A DNA stretch of 63,925 nt, the filler included, from Perkinsus chesapeaki ATCC PRA-425 (taxonomy: Eukaryota > Protista > Perkinsozoa), in assembly GCA_013115145.1 (NCBI GenBank). It is 9 parts of 9 records of this genome, joined end to end, with 100 filler letters (N's around TTAATTAATTAA, not from the genome) between each part and the next. Parts side by side here need not be neighbours in the genome. Positions count along the whole stretch, not along the records: positions 24,245 to 25,733 come from JAAPAO010001935.1; positions 25,834 to 54,098 come from JAAPAO010000478.1; 7 more parts are not named here. One strand, written 5' to 3'. Below are positions 24,366 through 37,113 of this stretch, one piece after another. The notes below the pieces were generated by a model that had not been told where the DNA came from, did not search any database, and was given only the letters and a program-made list of their open reading frames with translations. Numbering within the stretch: position 1 is the first letter of the stretch; every line of letters starts with the position of its first letter. Both the position numbers and the translations under genes were made by a program.

Positions 24366-25859
24366 AAAAATTTTTGCGTTTCGTTGCGCAAAAACTGCAA
24401 ATTGTTGCGAGCTTCGTGACAAGTATCTGCACGGTGCGGGGCTTAGTGTAGCCCTGCTTTGTCGGAGGCGCGGCTTCTGTTGGTAATAATCGGGAAGTCG
24501 ATACCTCCTCCAATCCCTATTCGGTATAATAACTCAAGTCGAATCAATGGGGGTTGATACAGCATGGTGTCCCTATTCCGGTGTTACTAACGGTGTTATT
24601 AACGACTAGCTGCTGTCAAGGACTCCTCATCGACCATTCACTAGTTCATAAATGAGTGACTTCTGAAGATGACTCATCATCATGAATCTTCATAGATCAT
24701 CATTCGCAGGTTGAATATTTTCACTGTGAAAATTTCACAGCATTGCGGCGGTATCATAGTTCATTAGCCACCACATCAAGTACTCTGAAATGTTAAGCTC
24801 CTTATTCCTTATCCATTGTAATAGACCTATCCGAAACCACTGTTTCTACGGTCGGGGGGATCTTGTCGGCTCCGGAGTCAGTTAGATCCCACGGCTGGAT
24901 CGGACCGATCCGGATCTGCCCAAGTTCCGGAACCGGGTTCCTTGACTTGAGCGGGGCAAATCTTGGCGAACTGCTTCAGCATATCCCTGTGCTCGTCTGA
25001 ACCCTCGGGGATGGATAGAGACGCTCTCCATTGAGTCTGGGCTTTTCCTTGAACTTGAAGATGTGGCTATATGGTCGAACAGTGGTACCACACGGGAACG
25101 TGATATTCAGTCTCGGGGGGGCAGTCGACAAAATGTCCAAGAAAGGCTTTTCCTGGTCAATTTTAAATTAACAATTGATATGTACCATCATAAAACTAAG
25201 TCTCCGAGACTCTTTGAAGGCATAACCAGGGGCTCTGGTTGTTGTTGTGTAGTTTAGAGTCCGACGCCAATATGGCTTACTCAGACAGTCTGAGTCAGAC
25301 TGTCTTACACGTTGTTGCACTCGTATGTTCCCGCTTAATAGTTCCAGTCGGTCAAGGCCTAGCTGGTCCCTAGGGACTCGACTGAGCGGCAGACCAGGTT
25401 TAATGACTTTAACCGTTCTAAAGAGATAGAGTACTGGCCCACGGTACCAATTGTATTGTGCCAAGCTGGTCGATTGCGTGTGATAGGACAAACCATTATC
25501 TTGTGCTGACCGTCGTCTGTTACATCACAGTAGGGGCATAGAGGTGAGTCCTGTATTCCCAGGCGGTGCCGATAGGAGCCTAAGGATTTTGAGCGGAGGG
25601 GGCTCTGGTAAAGCCCATAACAATGAGGATGGCCGATAAACTCATTTGAATGAATCGAAACAATGGAGATGCACCCGTGATATGAGAACCGCTAGTGAAA
25701 ACCCTATTCCACTTTTCACTTCACCAAAATCGCNNNNNNNNNNNNNNNNNNNNNNNNNNNNNNNNNNNNNNNNNNNNTTAATTAATTAANNNNNNNNNNN
25801 NNNNNNNNNNNNNNNNNNNNNNNNNNNNNNNNNGTTACTTTGACACATCTACTATCGAC

Positions 25860-27316
25860 TTATCTTGTGAGAACGGTTGCGTTTATAAGAACCTGAATTC
25901 TGTACACTTCTATCTTGCCGAATATTTCGCAGCCGATTTTTGGCAACCTCCGGATACGAACGTTCAAACTAACGCTGAAGTCAACTGAACCCTGTAAGAC
26001 TCCCGCGTCTTGCTCCGGCAGACCGCGATAAGATATCCCGCCATGGATACAGACCGTAATATCGAGCTTAGCGAAGGGCAACCCTTGCTGGAAGATAACA
26101 GCGCATCTACCGGCTTTGAGGACAAATTTGAAGGATGAAGCACCACGGTCACTCAGGGTTTCAATACCAACTTCCAGATGAGACTGGCTGTCAGTGTCGA
26201 ATACGTCCACGAACACCATGGCGATAATTTTCTTGTTATTCCCCATGTCGACATAGAGGCAGTACGGTGTGTCTTCACCAACTGATAGTTCGGCCGCGCA
26301 ACCTGTGGGGAACTCAAACTCTATCACATTCATTAGGTGGCGTTGTCTTTTATTAGCAGTGAAATACTTTGCACTGGCTGTCCCCTCATCAAGGCCGAAG
26401 TAATCAATAGGGACTGGCGAGCCGGCCGAGCTGCGCAGACGTCTACGAGGCTTCCAATCCGGCTTTTCGCCGTTCTTGAAGAATTTACGTGTACTCTCGC
26501 CGACCAGATAAGTCCTAACCAAATGGGAATGCAGGGTTGGTGCGTCATCCCGGAAGCCGGCTGCGGTGCTTCGTCGCCGATATCATATTGAGAATATACA
26601 TAACTGAGGGCCTCCTCTATGGTCATACCTTCAGATAGATCTTCCCAATAGATAACCGATGTCTCTTGAAACACTTTACCGTCTTCAAGCGAGTTGACGC
26701 CCAGCAACTTCACCATTTTCTTATCACTTTCGTCGGTCATAAGGATCCACGTGTTTGGTAGAAGCCCTGTCTCGATGAGCGAGGAGGAGTTTATACCGGA
26801 CTGAGGATCAACCCCCTCCACTCCAGTTTTCATCCATTTATTCACTTTCTGCCCATCAACCTCTATGATACCATGATGAACCCAAGTGTCATCCTCGAGA
26901 GTATGATCAGCTTTGAGTCTTCGCATAGGTGGTCGCTTACTCTCTCGACGGGAGGCTTTGTAGACGGGGAACGATTTTTTATTGAAGAACTGCGCAGTTT
27001 CAGTAGTCTCCGGTGTCTCGGTCATGAGTAGATATTGATAGGGATAGTTGGGAGAAGCTTGCACTGTAACTTGGCCACCATTTACTATAAATACATCTTG
27101 ATAAATTGTGAAGGACTTGCCATCATCCATGCCCGGTAGGACCATGCCCATAGTCTCTCTCGACTTGGAGATGTGGCATCATACAGGCTTACCATGTTCA
27201 TCTAATAAGTCAGAATTGCAGTAATGGGTAACCTTAGCCTGCATACAAACATTGCTCATAGTAAAAGCAGATGCACCAAGAGGGAATAATAATATGGCTT
27301 TGAGGAAAGTGGCCAT
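25860..27316 (-). pseudogene. Disrupted paralogue of the secreted protein at 28452-30101
   Basis: ATG at 27316 (MATFLKAILLFPLGASAFTMS). Premature TGA at 27179-27181 where the intact copy has CGA. 1-nt deletion at about 26549 (GTCATCCCGG vs GTCATCTCCGG). Near-identical to the intact copy down to about 26250, then divergent. Confidence 0.85.
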
Positions 27317-27369
27317 GGTTGATGGAGGGAAACAACTGAAAGAAGTTCCTTTTCTCGTGCGTGTATCAC

Positions 27370-27990
27370 AAGAAACTCATTTGATGGGTAAAACGCTCTA
27401 ATTGCAAGCATATATTCCCGGAAAAGGTTGACCTTCCGATAAAGAGGCTCGAAGTGGATCTGCTTGTCGTACCACTTGTACGCACACATGTCATGCACAC
27501 TTGTTGTGACTCGCAATGTACCAACTTGCATCACCACTACTCCATGGGTAATCGGAACGGTGAGAAAAGATAACAAGCTGCATATTGATGATGCAGTCGT
27601 TTACAGGAGGCGTACCTGTCCAATGGACTAGCGGTTGTGAGGTCACTTTAAAATCCTCACACCTCACTGAGGTGTAACCACCAATGGTCACAGAGGGTGA
27701 CGCCAACGGAAACTACTCATTTGAAACTAGGCGACTGACACTTCAGTTTGATGTTCCGCCGGCGACAGGTGTCGATGATTCACTGTATTATCTAGTTTAA
27801 TCGCCACTCTTGACGTCGAGCTTTCTGCGGTACTAGTATCTGCTAAGTCTCTCTTCGGTATCGCTCTTGGTAAGCGCCCTATGGTGCAGGTTGTATTTGA
27901 ATGCGACATCTTGGTAATCATTCATATTTGGACTCATTTATGGACCCTCATGTCTGATGTAGCGAGGGATACCGTTGTCATTACCCCATG
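27370..27990 (-). pseudogene. Heavily decayed coding-like remnant between the two duplicated genes
   Basis: One frame reads as protein-like sequence (WGNDNGIPRYIRHEGP*MSPNMNDYQDVAFKYNLHHRALTKSDTEERLSRY*...SVTIGGYTSVRCEDFKVTSQPLVHWTGTPPVNDC) with multiple stops. Family not recognised. Confidence 0.25.
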
Positions 27991-28451
27991 TCGAACATGG
28001 ATATAGCGGAGCCAGCGCCCGAATTTCCGACTCGCTCATCTGCCAGCCGCGTCATAAATTATGAGTCTCATCATCACTCGAAGAACCCAACAAAGCAAGA
28101 TCTGAAGATCATGGCTACCTTACTTAAAACACTCTAATGACAGTTGGCAGTAAGTGCTGCAAACGGTAGCAGTAAACGATGATCAGAGGTGGAACTGGTT
28201 CACCAACCAATCCCATATTAGTTGACGTGTTATACGCATCAGCGCAATGTTAAAGATATCCATGCTAGTAACACATACGGAAGCATGATATTAGGGCACA
28301 AGTAGAAAGATAAAAACACCGGCAATTACCGGTAATGAATGCTTATCATTTGTAGAGAAGAATTATATGGCAGGACTGCTGCCGCGGGAGAAGCAGAACA
28401 TCATCTGGGTTCACCCCACGTGAAATGTTTTGCAAATAAACTTGCTGTCGA

Positions 28452-30101
28452 TTAGTCCGTCTCAGGGCGAGCGTCCCATATAGTCCAGGTCCAGGGCCAT
28501 TCGTGTTGGAAGGATAGAACATCAACCCACAAACGCAGATTAAAACGGGACTGAAAGTCCCACTTGTCATATCCCGCGCCAGGGCTATGGCCATAGACAT
28601 CAAACGATACCCTCACGCCACCCATGTCCGTACCAAGCTCTATACCAAGCTCGCCGTAAACAGTGTAATTCTTGCCCGGAACAGCATATATTCCAGCATT
28701 TGCTAAGATTGTGCTGTACACCTCTTTTGAAGTTGGAAGGACAAGCCTGAATGTGAGCTTGACCTCAGTCGATCCTTCAAAGATAGAAGGATCTGTATTA
28801 GAGCCTCTATTATAAGCGAACTCACCATCGACACATACCGTAATGTCGAGTTTGGCGAAGGCTAGCCCTTGCTGGAAGATAACCGCGCAACCGCCAGCTC
28901 TGAAGATGAAGTTGAGGGATAATTCATTCCCCTTTCGCACAGTTTCAGTCCCAACCTCAAGGCGAGCACGGCTGTCAGTGTCGAATACATCTACGAACAC
29001 CATGGCGATAGTTTTCTTGTTATCCTCGATGTCGACATAGAGGCAGTACGGTGTGTCTTCACCAACTTCTAGCCCGGCCGCACAACCTGTGGGGAACTCA
29101 AACTCTATCACATTCATTAGGTGGCGTTGTCTTTTATTAGCAGTGAAATACTTTGCACTGGCTGTCCCCTCATCAAGGCCGAAGTAATCAATAGGGACTG
29201 GCGAGCCGGCCGAGCTGCGCAGACGTCTACGAGGCTTCCAATCCGGCTTTTTGCCGTCCTTGAAGAATTTACGTGTACTCTCGCCGACCAGATGAGTCCT
29301 AACCAAATGGGAATGCAGGGTTGGCGCGTCATCTCCGGAAGCCGGCTGCGGTGCTTCGTCGCCGATATCATACTGAGAATATACATAACTGAGGGCCTCC
29401 TCTATGGTCATACCCTCAGATAGATCTTCCCAATAGATAACCGATGTCTCTTGAAACACTTTACCGTCTTCAAACGAGTTGACGCCCAGTAACTTCACCA
29501 TCTTCTTATCACTTTCGTCGGTCATAAGGATCCACGTGTTTGGTAGAAGCCCTGTCTCGATGAGCGAGGAGGAGTTTATACCGGACTGAGGATCAACCCC
29601 CTCCACTCCAGCTTTCACCCATTTATTCACTTTCTGCCCATCAACCTCTATGATACCATGATGAACCCAAGTGTCATCCTCGAGAGTATGATCAGCTTTG
29701 AGTCTTCGCATAGGTGGTCGCTTACTCTCTCGACGGGAGGCTTTGTAGACGGGGAACGATTTTTTATTGAAGAACTGCGCAGTTTCAGTAGTCTCCGGTG
29801 TCTCAGCCATGAGTAGATATTGATAAGGATAGTTGGGAGAAGCTTGCACTGTAACTTGGCCACCATTTACTATAAATACATCTTGATAAATTGTGAAGGA
29901 CTTGCCATCATCCATGCCCGGTAGGACCATGCCCATAGTCTCTCTCGACTTGGAGATGTGGCATCGTACAGGCTTACCATGCTCATCTAATAAGTCAGAA
30001 TTGCAGTAATGGGTAACCTTAGTCTGCATACGAATATTGCTCATAGTGAAGGCAGATGCACCAAGAGAGGATAATAATATGGCTTGGAGGAAAGTAGCCA
30101 T
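28452..30101 (-). CDS. Intronless secreted protein of unknown function (549 aa from the first ATG)
   Basis: Long uninterrupted ORF. ATG at 30101 starts a signal-peptide-like MATFLQAILLSSLGASA. Beta-rich composition and Trp-rich C-terminus (HEWPWTWTIW). Confidence 0.85.
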   Translation of the reverse strand: MATFLQAILLSSLGASAFTMSNIRMQTKVTHYCNSDLLDEHGKPVRCHISKSRETMGMVLPGMDDGKSFTIYQDVFIVNGGQVTVQASPNYPYQYLLMAETPETTETAQFFNKKSFPVYKASRRESKRPPMRRLKADHTLEDDTWVHHGIIEVDGQKVNKWVKAGVEGVDPQSGINSSSLIETGLLPNTWILMTDESDKKMVKLLGVNSFEDGKVFQETSVIYWEDLSEGMTIEEALSYVYSQYDIGDEAPQPASGDDAPTLHSHLVRTHLVGESTRKFFKDGKKPDWKPRRRLRSSAGSPVPIDYFGLDEGTASAKYFTANKRQRHLMNVIEFEFPTGCAAGLEVGEDTPYCLYVDIEDNKKTIAMVFVDVFDTDSRARLEVGTETVRKGNELSLNFIFRAGGCAVIFQQGLAFAKLDITVCVDGEFAYNRGSNTDPSIFEGSTEVKLTFRLVLPTSKEVYSTILANAGIYAVPGKNYTVYGELGIELGTDMGGVRVSFDVYGHSPGAGYDKWDFQSRFNLRLWVDVLSFQHEWPWTWTIWDARPETD

Positions 30102-30968
30102 TGCTAGAAGATGAATGCAGCTACAAGAGGGTGCGTTTGACAAAAAGCCTAGGTATTGAAGTCTCCCGGTAGTTGCACATCGAGTGGATAGTCTAAGCCA
30201 TTTGGCGTTGGACTATAAACTCTCGTACACACACACGAAAAACCTTCCCGAGTGTGAAACTGCCACACATACGTATATGGAGACAGTTTGCCTGTCACGG
30301 CACTAGAAAAGAGACAATAACCGGCTGGTTGCAAATTAAGCATGCTGGTGGCCACCACTTCCGCGTTGTACTCCTCCTTGACAAGGAATCCTTGTTCGTT
30401 TGAGACTTGGCGTTTGGCAGCATAGTGATGTCACTACTAGGAGTAATAACGAGAGAATAGTCTAGCAGTTTGGAGATCTCGACCCTAGCATGAGCGCCCT
30501 CGTAACGATCGCGGTGACTCGTCGGTCACAACTGTTGCGCTGAGTATGCTTGTTAGTACAACATCGATGCTGCAAACAATTGTAATGGTGGTGAAAATGT
30601 AGCACTCTTGCAACGTGTGATTTACCCGTTGGGTAAAACTCATTACATGTTTTGCACACCATGTGTGTTATGAAGAGCCATAGCGTGTTGTGGGAAGTAT
30701 CTTGCACTGGCTTTTTACATAACTACAAAGTCTAATAATATTAAATTAGCGACTTACAGGCAGCAAGCCTACTAGCATAATCTGACAGAATTCCTTTGGT
30801 AATCAGATTTGTTGGCTTCTCTATGAACACGGTGCGGGATCTTTCGATTTCCTAAGTGGGCGTAGAATGGAGATTCGTGACGCGAGCGTGCGCGGTTCTC
30901 ATCAATACGATACGTCTTACGGGACAGAGCTCTTGGGATACTAGCAACGCGAGGCTTTGTTAGGCTAG

Positions 30969-33735
30969 TTAGGAAGCATGTCTATTCGAAATTATCGCAT
31001 CAAGAGGGTCTTCATCTGCCTCCGACTCCGAGACACCCGCGCTATCCGCAACCAGACCAGCTATAGCCGAAGGTTGTGTTGGCACCACTTGGAATGGGCC
31101 ACCGGAAAGCCGTGGAACGACTTGGTGATTGAAGCCGCTCCGACCCATGAACTGAGAGATCAATCTTCACTAACATAAACGGCTATCTCGGTAGCACCGC
31201 GTCTGATGCGAGAGACCTAGCGCTGCTCGATGCCGACTCGGTAACACTGCTGGACTGAGTTCCAGAGACACTCCTTGTGTCACCATCGACAGCGGAGGTG
31301 GCGTTAATGAAATGGGCTTGTTCGTACTCGCTGCCCTTCTCGACTATATCTCTCTCTTGCTGCCTGAGATGAATGTAACTGTATTCTAAGCGGTCGTCAG
31401 TTGAAGCGTACACCCTTCTCGAGTGCAGCATAGCTGTGATTGCAACGACAAGTAGAGTAGCAATAAGTCCCACAATCCAACGAGGTACACGCTGTCTCAC
31501 TCCCCCGCGATAGCCAACAGGAGGCCCAACTTTGTATCTATGAGCAAGTACGTCCCAGGCCTGGCAGTATCGTTTAGCGCACTCACACTGTATGTTGTTT
31601 CCGTATATGAGCTGTGGTCATCAGTGCTGCTTTGGCCGGTCCCGCATCATCGTCCTTCCTCCCAGCATAGTTCTTCCCTTCGTATGGAGCATGCCGGTGG
31701 GAGGGTTCGCTGCCCGATACGGCTTGTGGTGAGTCAAATGTGATCGGGGCCTCAGTCGGGTAAGGGCTCTTTGCGTCACCCACTGGAACAAGTTTTACCT
31801 GAAAGATGAGTGCCTCTGCATGGACCTCCTCAATGAAGAGTCTTTGTAGCAAGGAAAGCGATCTAACTTGGAGAGCGTACAAGAAGGTCAGTAGCGAGAA
31901 TCTACCACTAGAACAAAGTACACGTTGTGTTTAACGTTCGTTACAAAATACGTTTCAATACGTGCAGGTGATGCAATCAGCTACGGTTAAGATGTAATTG
32001 ATGCCTACTGTAGTGAACTGATGCACTGCTACTCTAAAGCCTTTATATCTGACGGGATTCAACTTCAACAAAGCGGGGATGGACGGCATTCTACTTCTCC
32101 TCGGCTTCTCGACGCTGTTCGTCATTTAATTTAGGGCACACGTTAGGCCAGACCTCGGGGTCATTGCCAAAGCAGCATTGAGCATCGTTCTCGTCCATGT
32201 ACCTTACTCGCGATAGATTCCGTTTAGGGATACCCTATTAGGGGATAACTGTCGCACTACATGAATGGCTCTGGTAATGGGCAGCCTTTTCCCGATTTGA
32301 TAGCGTGCGAGAACGTCGGGCCCAGCGGGAAGAAACTAGAGGTAATCAGAGCAAGCCGTGGCGTAATGTGAACGAACAGGACGCAGCTCACAATTCATGA
32401 TGCGCCTTGTCTCGTTCTTTATCTGACCCTTTGACCGACAGGCATTTAGTGAGCTTGGATGTCACCCACGGTTGGCATAGTTCCACAGGGAGGGATGCGG
32501 ATAGATCTGTTGGTCAATCCTGTAGGATGACACTCACTGGGCCGACCTCTCGGGGATCGAGCGCCCTTTCCGTGTACACGGCCGGTTGCTGGCAGGAGGG
32601 CGACTTTACCTCGTTGTCTATCAAATGATGCTAAGGTGTATTCTGTGTGTTCGTCCAGAGTGCCAGAGTCCGGACCTAATGTATAGCAGTAATTCCAGTG
32701 AGCGACTCCAGGCTTATTTCACATTCGCAGGAAATGAGCTTTCTTAAGCCTATGCGCCATCACGGTGAGTTTACAGACAGTGTTGCGTGTGAACTCTCGA
32801 TCCTTACCATAATCGAGGCCTCGCTCTCCTGGGTAGAGGTCCATACCACCACTGGCCATTTGGATGTTCGCATCGAGTGATGACTTGCACCTCCGGATGT
32901 GTGAAAGATACAACAAAGGTAGAAGTAGCGATGCCCACATTCTGACCCAGTGAACTCTGATATCGAGGGAAGTTATCTCACCGGCTCGCACGCCAGCACC
33001 CTCGACAAAATCGCGTCATGGTTGAGTATTCGATGACTGGACAGTGGTTTAAAGGGTGTTATGCAGCGACTCGGCGCCACTCACCGCTGGTACGTTGTCT
33101 ACGCTATTAAGCATCCTCTGTGCCTAACCTCGCAATCGACCTCGTTGCTCGTGACTCGTCTCACTAACACTAATTCATATTCCAACATCAAGGATACAAG
33201 CTTAGCAGAATAGTAAAGTTTTGTGCAGCAGCAATGATGGTTACTATGTGGAGTTTAGGTAACAGGCTCCACATAGATAATTTTATCAACAGTAGTTCTC
33301 CCCTTGGACAGTGGGCATTCCATGTCCCTGACTGAGCTCAACGTTACCATGCTGTGTGAGCACTAGTTTAATTAGCTTCCACAGTCAATCATATATTTAA
33401 CCTTCAGACGTGTTGTGGTTTGCTGATAAGATGATGTCAGTCACTTTGCCGTATAAATGGGATGATAGAAGCTTCTCTAAGGGGTACGAAACAAGCCTGA
33501 CAAAGTCACTGTAGTCCAGTAAAATGTAACGTATAGCCTACCCGTTAGCTGTTTCGCAGACGACAGTGTTCCCAAATACGTCGCGTATTTGCGTTATAAG
33601 CTGAATGTCGTTCTGTTCTGCCGGGGATGACCGAAGGACTTCTTCCACGATCGATTCGTCGAGCTGTGGATGAGGATATCGCAGCAACCAGCATGTCTCG
33701 GGGCCTTTAGTGGCAGGTGGTTCAGAACCGCTCAT
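30969..33735 (-). CDS. Multi-exon gene (or two adjacent genes) of unknown function, with one predicted transmembrane helix
   Basis: Probable first exon MSGSEPPATKGPETCWLLRYPHPQLDESIVEEVLRSS (33735 down). Further exons at about 32700-32900, 31600-31870, 31190-31500 (RWIVGLIATLLVVAITAML) and 30969-31163, with short introns between. Confidence 0.35.
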
Positions 33736-33811
33736 TTAAAATTACTATCTTGTATCATCTATAACAGTTCTAGCATTCGTTCGCGAACCAAAGACAATAT
33801 GAGACTAAAAA

Positions 33812-33883
33812 GGCCGGACTGGGGTTCGACCCTGGGGTCAGCGGCTTAGCAACGCGACGCTCTACCTGCTGAGCTGCCCGATG
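33812..33883 (-). pseudogene. Degenerate tRNA-like element (pseudo-tRNA or SINE head), apparent anticodon GCT
   Basis: 72 nt with tRNA spacing: D-arm GCTC-AGCAGGTA-GAGC intact, loop TTGCTAA, B-box-like GGGTCGAACCC, followed directly by TTTTT. Acceptor, anticodon and T stems are only partly paired. Confidence 0.6.
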
Positions 33884-34025
33884 AAGCCGCGCCGCGGCTC
33901 GGGTCCCTGGGCGGGCCATACTAGAGCGACAAACATTACATCGAGTAGTTTATTTGACTATGGATGATAACATCTACCTCAGTTATTTTATTTAAGCAGT
34001 GTCCTCACGGACCGCTTGTTGTTGA

Positions 34026-34790
34026 TTGACAATTTCCACTGTATCGACTGCTCCACCACTTCCTCGACCCGACAACATTGATAAACATAGAAGCAGTCCT
34101 TACTACACTCAAACAGCAGCCAAACAGCAGCAGCCACTTAGAACAACACCAGTTACTACACCAACAACAGACAACAACCAACAACAGCAGCGCAGAAGAA
34201 CTACAACAGCAGCACAGCAACCTACTACTACTCAACCACTACCACCAAGTCTCGCGGGAAAGCGTTCAGCCTCCTCTAGACAGCTCAGGTAGTAGTACTT
34301 GGGGCCTTGCTAAATATAGCAAGTAGCATTTATCAGGTCATCAACACCTAACCAGACAACTACAGCAGCAGTTAGCTCTTCTTCTACTTCTAAGCTTCGT
34401 ACAACACCTCCTCTTTCACTCAGCCTACCAGGGACTAAAAAGAGTCAAGGCAGCCAAGGTTCAAGCGCGTCTTTCGCTTTAGCCGGTAGTAACAGGAAAA
34501 GCCAAGGGTCGGCTAGTAAGAGGTTAGCTCCTCCGAGGTAGTAGTGGGCGCACATGATGGTGGTGTTTAGGGTAAAATCAGGTCCCGTACATCGAACAGG
34601 TCTTCGGGTACACCGCTACTAGGTTCAGTAGGCGGCGGCGGGGAATCCCCACACACTTCACCTTCATCTGAGGTAACAGCGCGGGGATCTACTGTACTAG
34701 ATTGAGATTTCATATCAGCACCCAGCCGTTAGAGCGGCCAGACGTACTAGGAAGGAGCGTAAGCAGCTTAAAGGTAAAAGACTTGTAGTG
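34026..34790 (+). CDS. Gln/Thr/Ser-rich low-complexity multi-exon protein (start uncertain)
   Basis: Open frame TTPVTTPTTDNNQQQQRRRTTTAAQQP followed by GT-AG introns at about 34290-34335 and 34535-34570 and further S/G-rich exons. Confidence 0.4.
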
Positions 34791-34915
34791 TAGGGAACGT
34801 CTATCGAGGTCTGTGTTGTTGTTGTTACTGTGTAGGGCTAGTAACCTGCTGTTCACACTTCTCTGAGATCTGTCAGACTAACTGTACCGTATATTTTGTT
34901 GGTTTCAAGGACCAT

Positions 34916-37113
34916 ATGCTTAATTTCGTACAAAATATATTCAAGTAGTATTCCGGACTTTGGGACGGCTCGGTTAGTACGCTGCCATACAGCCTGTATG
35001 ATACAGGCCGTCCGGCTATAAGAAGCAGAAGCCTCAAGAGCTGGTTAAACAAATGGCTGATGAATTGGAGTCCCTCCCAGACGTTATTGAAGAGACTGCC
35101 AATACCAATTCTGTTACTGGAATGACGGTACTCCACCAGAGGGCTCCTCCATCCTGCTGCTTCCTTGTTAACGTCGTCCGCAGGTATCTCTCTCAACCTC
35201 TAAGTCATTCCATAGGAGCAATTCGTCGGTGGACGAAAATGAGACTAAGAAGTACGCGCCGGTAAGGGTCCGACATGTGGGGGATTGTACTGGAGCGTCA
35301 CGGTGGTCAGTTAGAGGATTTCTTGGCGGCCGCGGTGATCCCGACAGGCGGCTCCTCTACTGCCGATCACAAACCAGACAATCATGCAGGGCCTCCGACG
35401 CAGGTGGGGAAGCCGAAGAAGGCCTTGTGGGTTGACTAGTGCCTATTCAGTTCGGTAGTGTTACTAGTACGCGGAAACCGCCGAAGTCTGAGGAGATAGA
35501 GAAGGTTATTAATCAGAGCTTGCAGTAGGATACCCTCTGGATAGCTGTCGGTGTAGAGCATCCTTATTAGGAGTAACCTTCTGCTCAAGATAGCCAGGCA
35601 TATAGCAGTGGCTAGTCCCGAACTAAGACGGTCGTGTGTACAGGTAGTAGTACGGTTAAGCTAGTAGGATGGAGGGTGATGGTGTAATAGGTTTGGGGGC
35701 ATCTGTTGAAGTTGGAGTCTCCTAAGACACATGATAAGGTTAATCTTGCGTATCTTATGACACATCCAGATTGCATGCGAGTAATAATAAGGAGAGACGT
35801 CCTTTTTTTCTGACACCTCTAGCTATGTTATTTCAGTGTTTGATTTCCTGCTATAGTATCCCTGATTGTTCTATTCATGTTGGCGTTATGATACGTGATG
35901 CATGCAAGTTCCACGATGTGGTCCAGTCCCAAATGTTCAACTCTGGTGAGCACCCTGCCCTCTTACCCACACGGCTACTCTCCTGCCCTCAGGTTTGATC
36001 TATCAGCTCTTCGACGTGCTGCACTCTCAAAATTTTGATACTCAAGCTGATGGCTTTGAGACACTCAAGGAGGTAGCACTGGTGGAGCCGTCCTTTGTTC
36101 GGTAGTTGATGATAGGTTTTGATGAACCATAAGGACGTGTCGGTGAGATGGTTACTGGACAATTTCGATGAGTTTTTCGATCGGTGAGAGTGGTCGTCAC
36201 TGGGTGGTGTTCGTTGTATCTATGTTATATAGGTATCAAGAGCTATTGGATGCCTCATCAAGTGAGACACAGTATGTTACTGTACGCCAGTCTCTTAAGT
36301 TACTTGGGGACATCCTACTTGATAGGCCATTTATGAAGGTAATAGGAAGAGGGAGGAGACATCATCATCATCATCAAGCCATATAACCAGGGGGGACCTT
36401 CGCGTTAAGCAATACAGCGCACTTTATCTAAGTCATATCCTCTATAGGATTGATCAGCTGCTCAAGTTCCAGTAGTAGGTTCAACAGGATCCCCCGTCCT
36501 AGTATATGCTTTCACTATCTTTGTGCCTTTATGGCCATTAGCGGTTGAAGCTACTTCTTGTGCTGTGGTGTAGGTTATGGTTCGGTTTGTTAATGAAGAG
36601 CGTTATTTAAAGTCGGTAATGATTCTTTTGGGTAACAGCTCGAAGGCAGTGCAAGTCGAAGCTTTCCATGTTTTCAAGATTTTTGCGGCCAACCCTCACA
36701 AGGCCCCCGCGGTAAGTGTTCGAGTTCTTGTTAGTGGCGGTCACGGGACATTTGGCCGCAGGTCCAGCAGATACTTTATCAGAACAAGACGAGGTTAATA
36801 AAGCTGTTGAACCAGCTTGAGATGGTTGTTATATCCAGTACTGGAGTACACAAGTCACAGAGCGAGGAGAAGCAGTTCGTCGCTGATAAGGTGAGGACAT
36901 CACGCTGTTGAGGTTCGCTGTGTGATAACGGTCGTTGTTCAGCAAGCTGTAGTTAACAAGCTAGAGAAGCTGACAATGCCAGAGAAGATAGGTCATCATC
37001 ATGCTCATGGCCAGCAGCACAGGGAGTCATCCAGTGCCTCCCCTGAGAGTGATCGTCAGAGAGCCTCTCAGCAGCTGCCGCCAGCTGCTGCTCGGACTAG
37101 ATCAGCTGTATGA
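34916..37113 (+). CDS. MO25: MO25/CAB39 family scaffold protein (multi-exon)
   Basis: Diagnostic motifs YVTVRQSLKLLGDILLDRPF and YLKSVMILLGNSSKAVQVEAFHVFKIFAANPHK. N-terminal MLNFVQNIFKPSGYKKQKPQELVKQM assembled across a short intron. Confidence 0.9.

Noticed and set aside
33230-33500. Possible C/D-box snoRNAs (ATGATG...CTGA pairs)
   Set aside because: C boxes are imperfect, there is no clear terminal stem, and no rRNA-complementary guide could be verified by eye.
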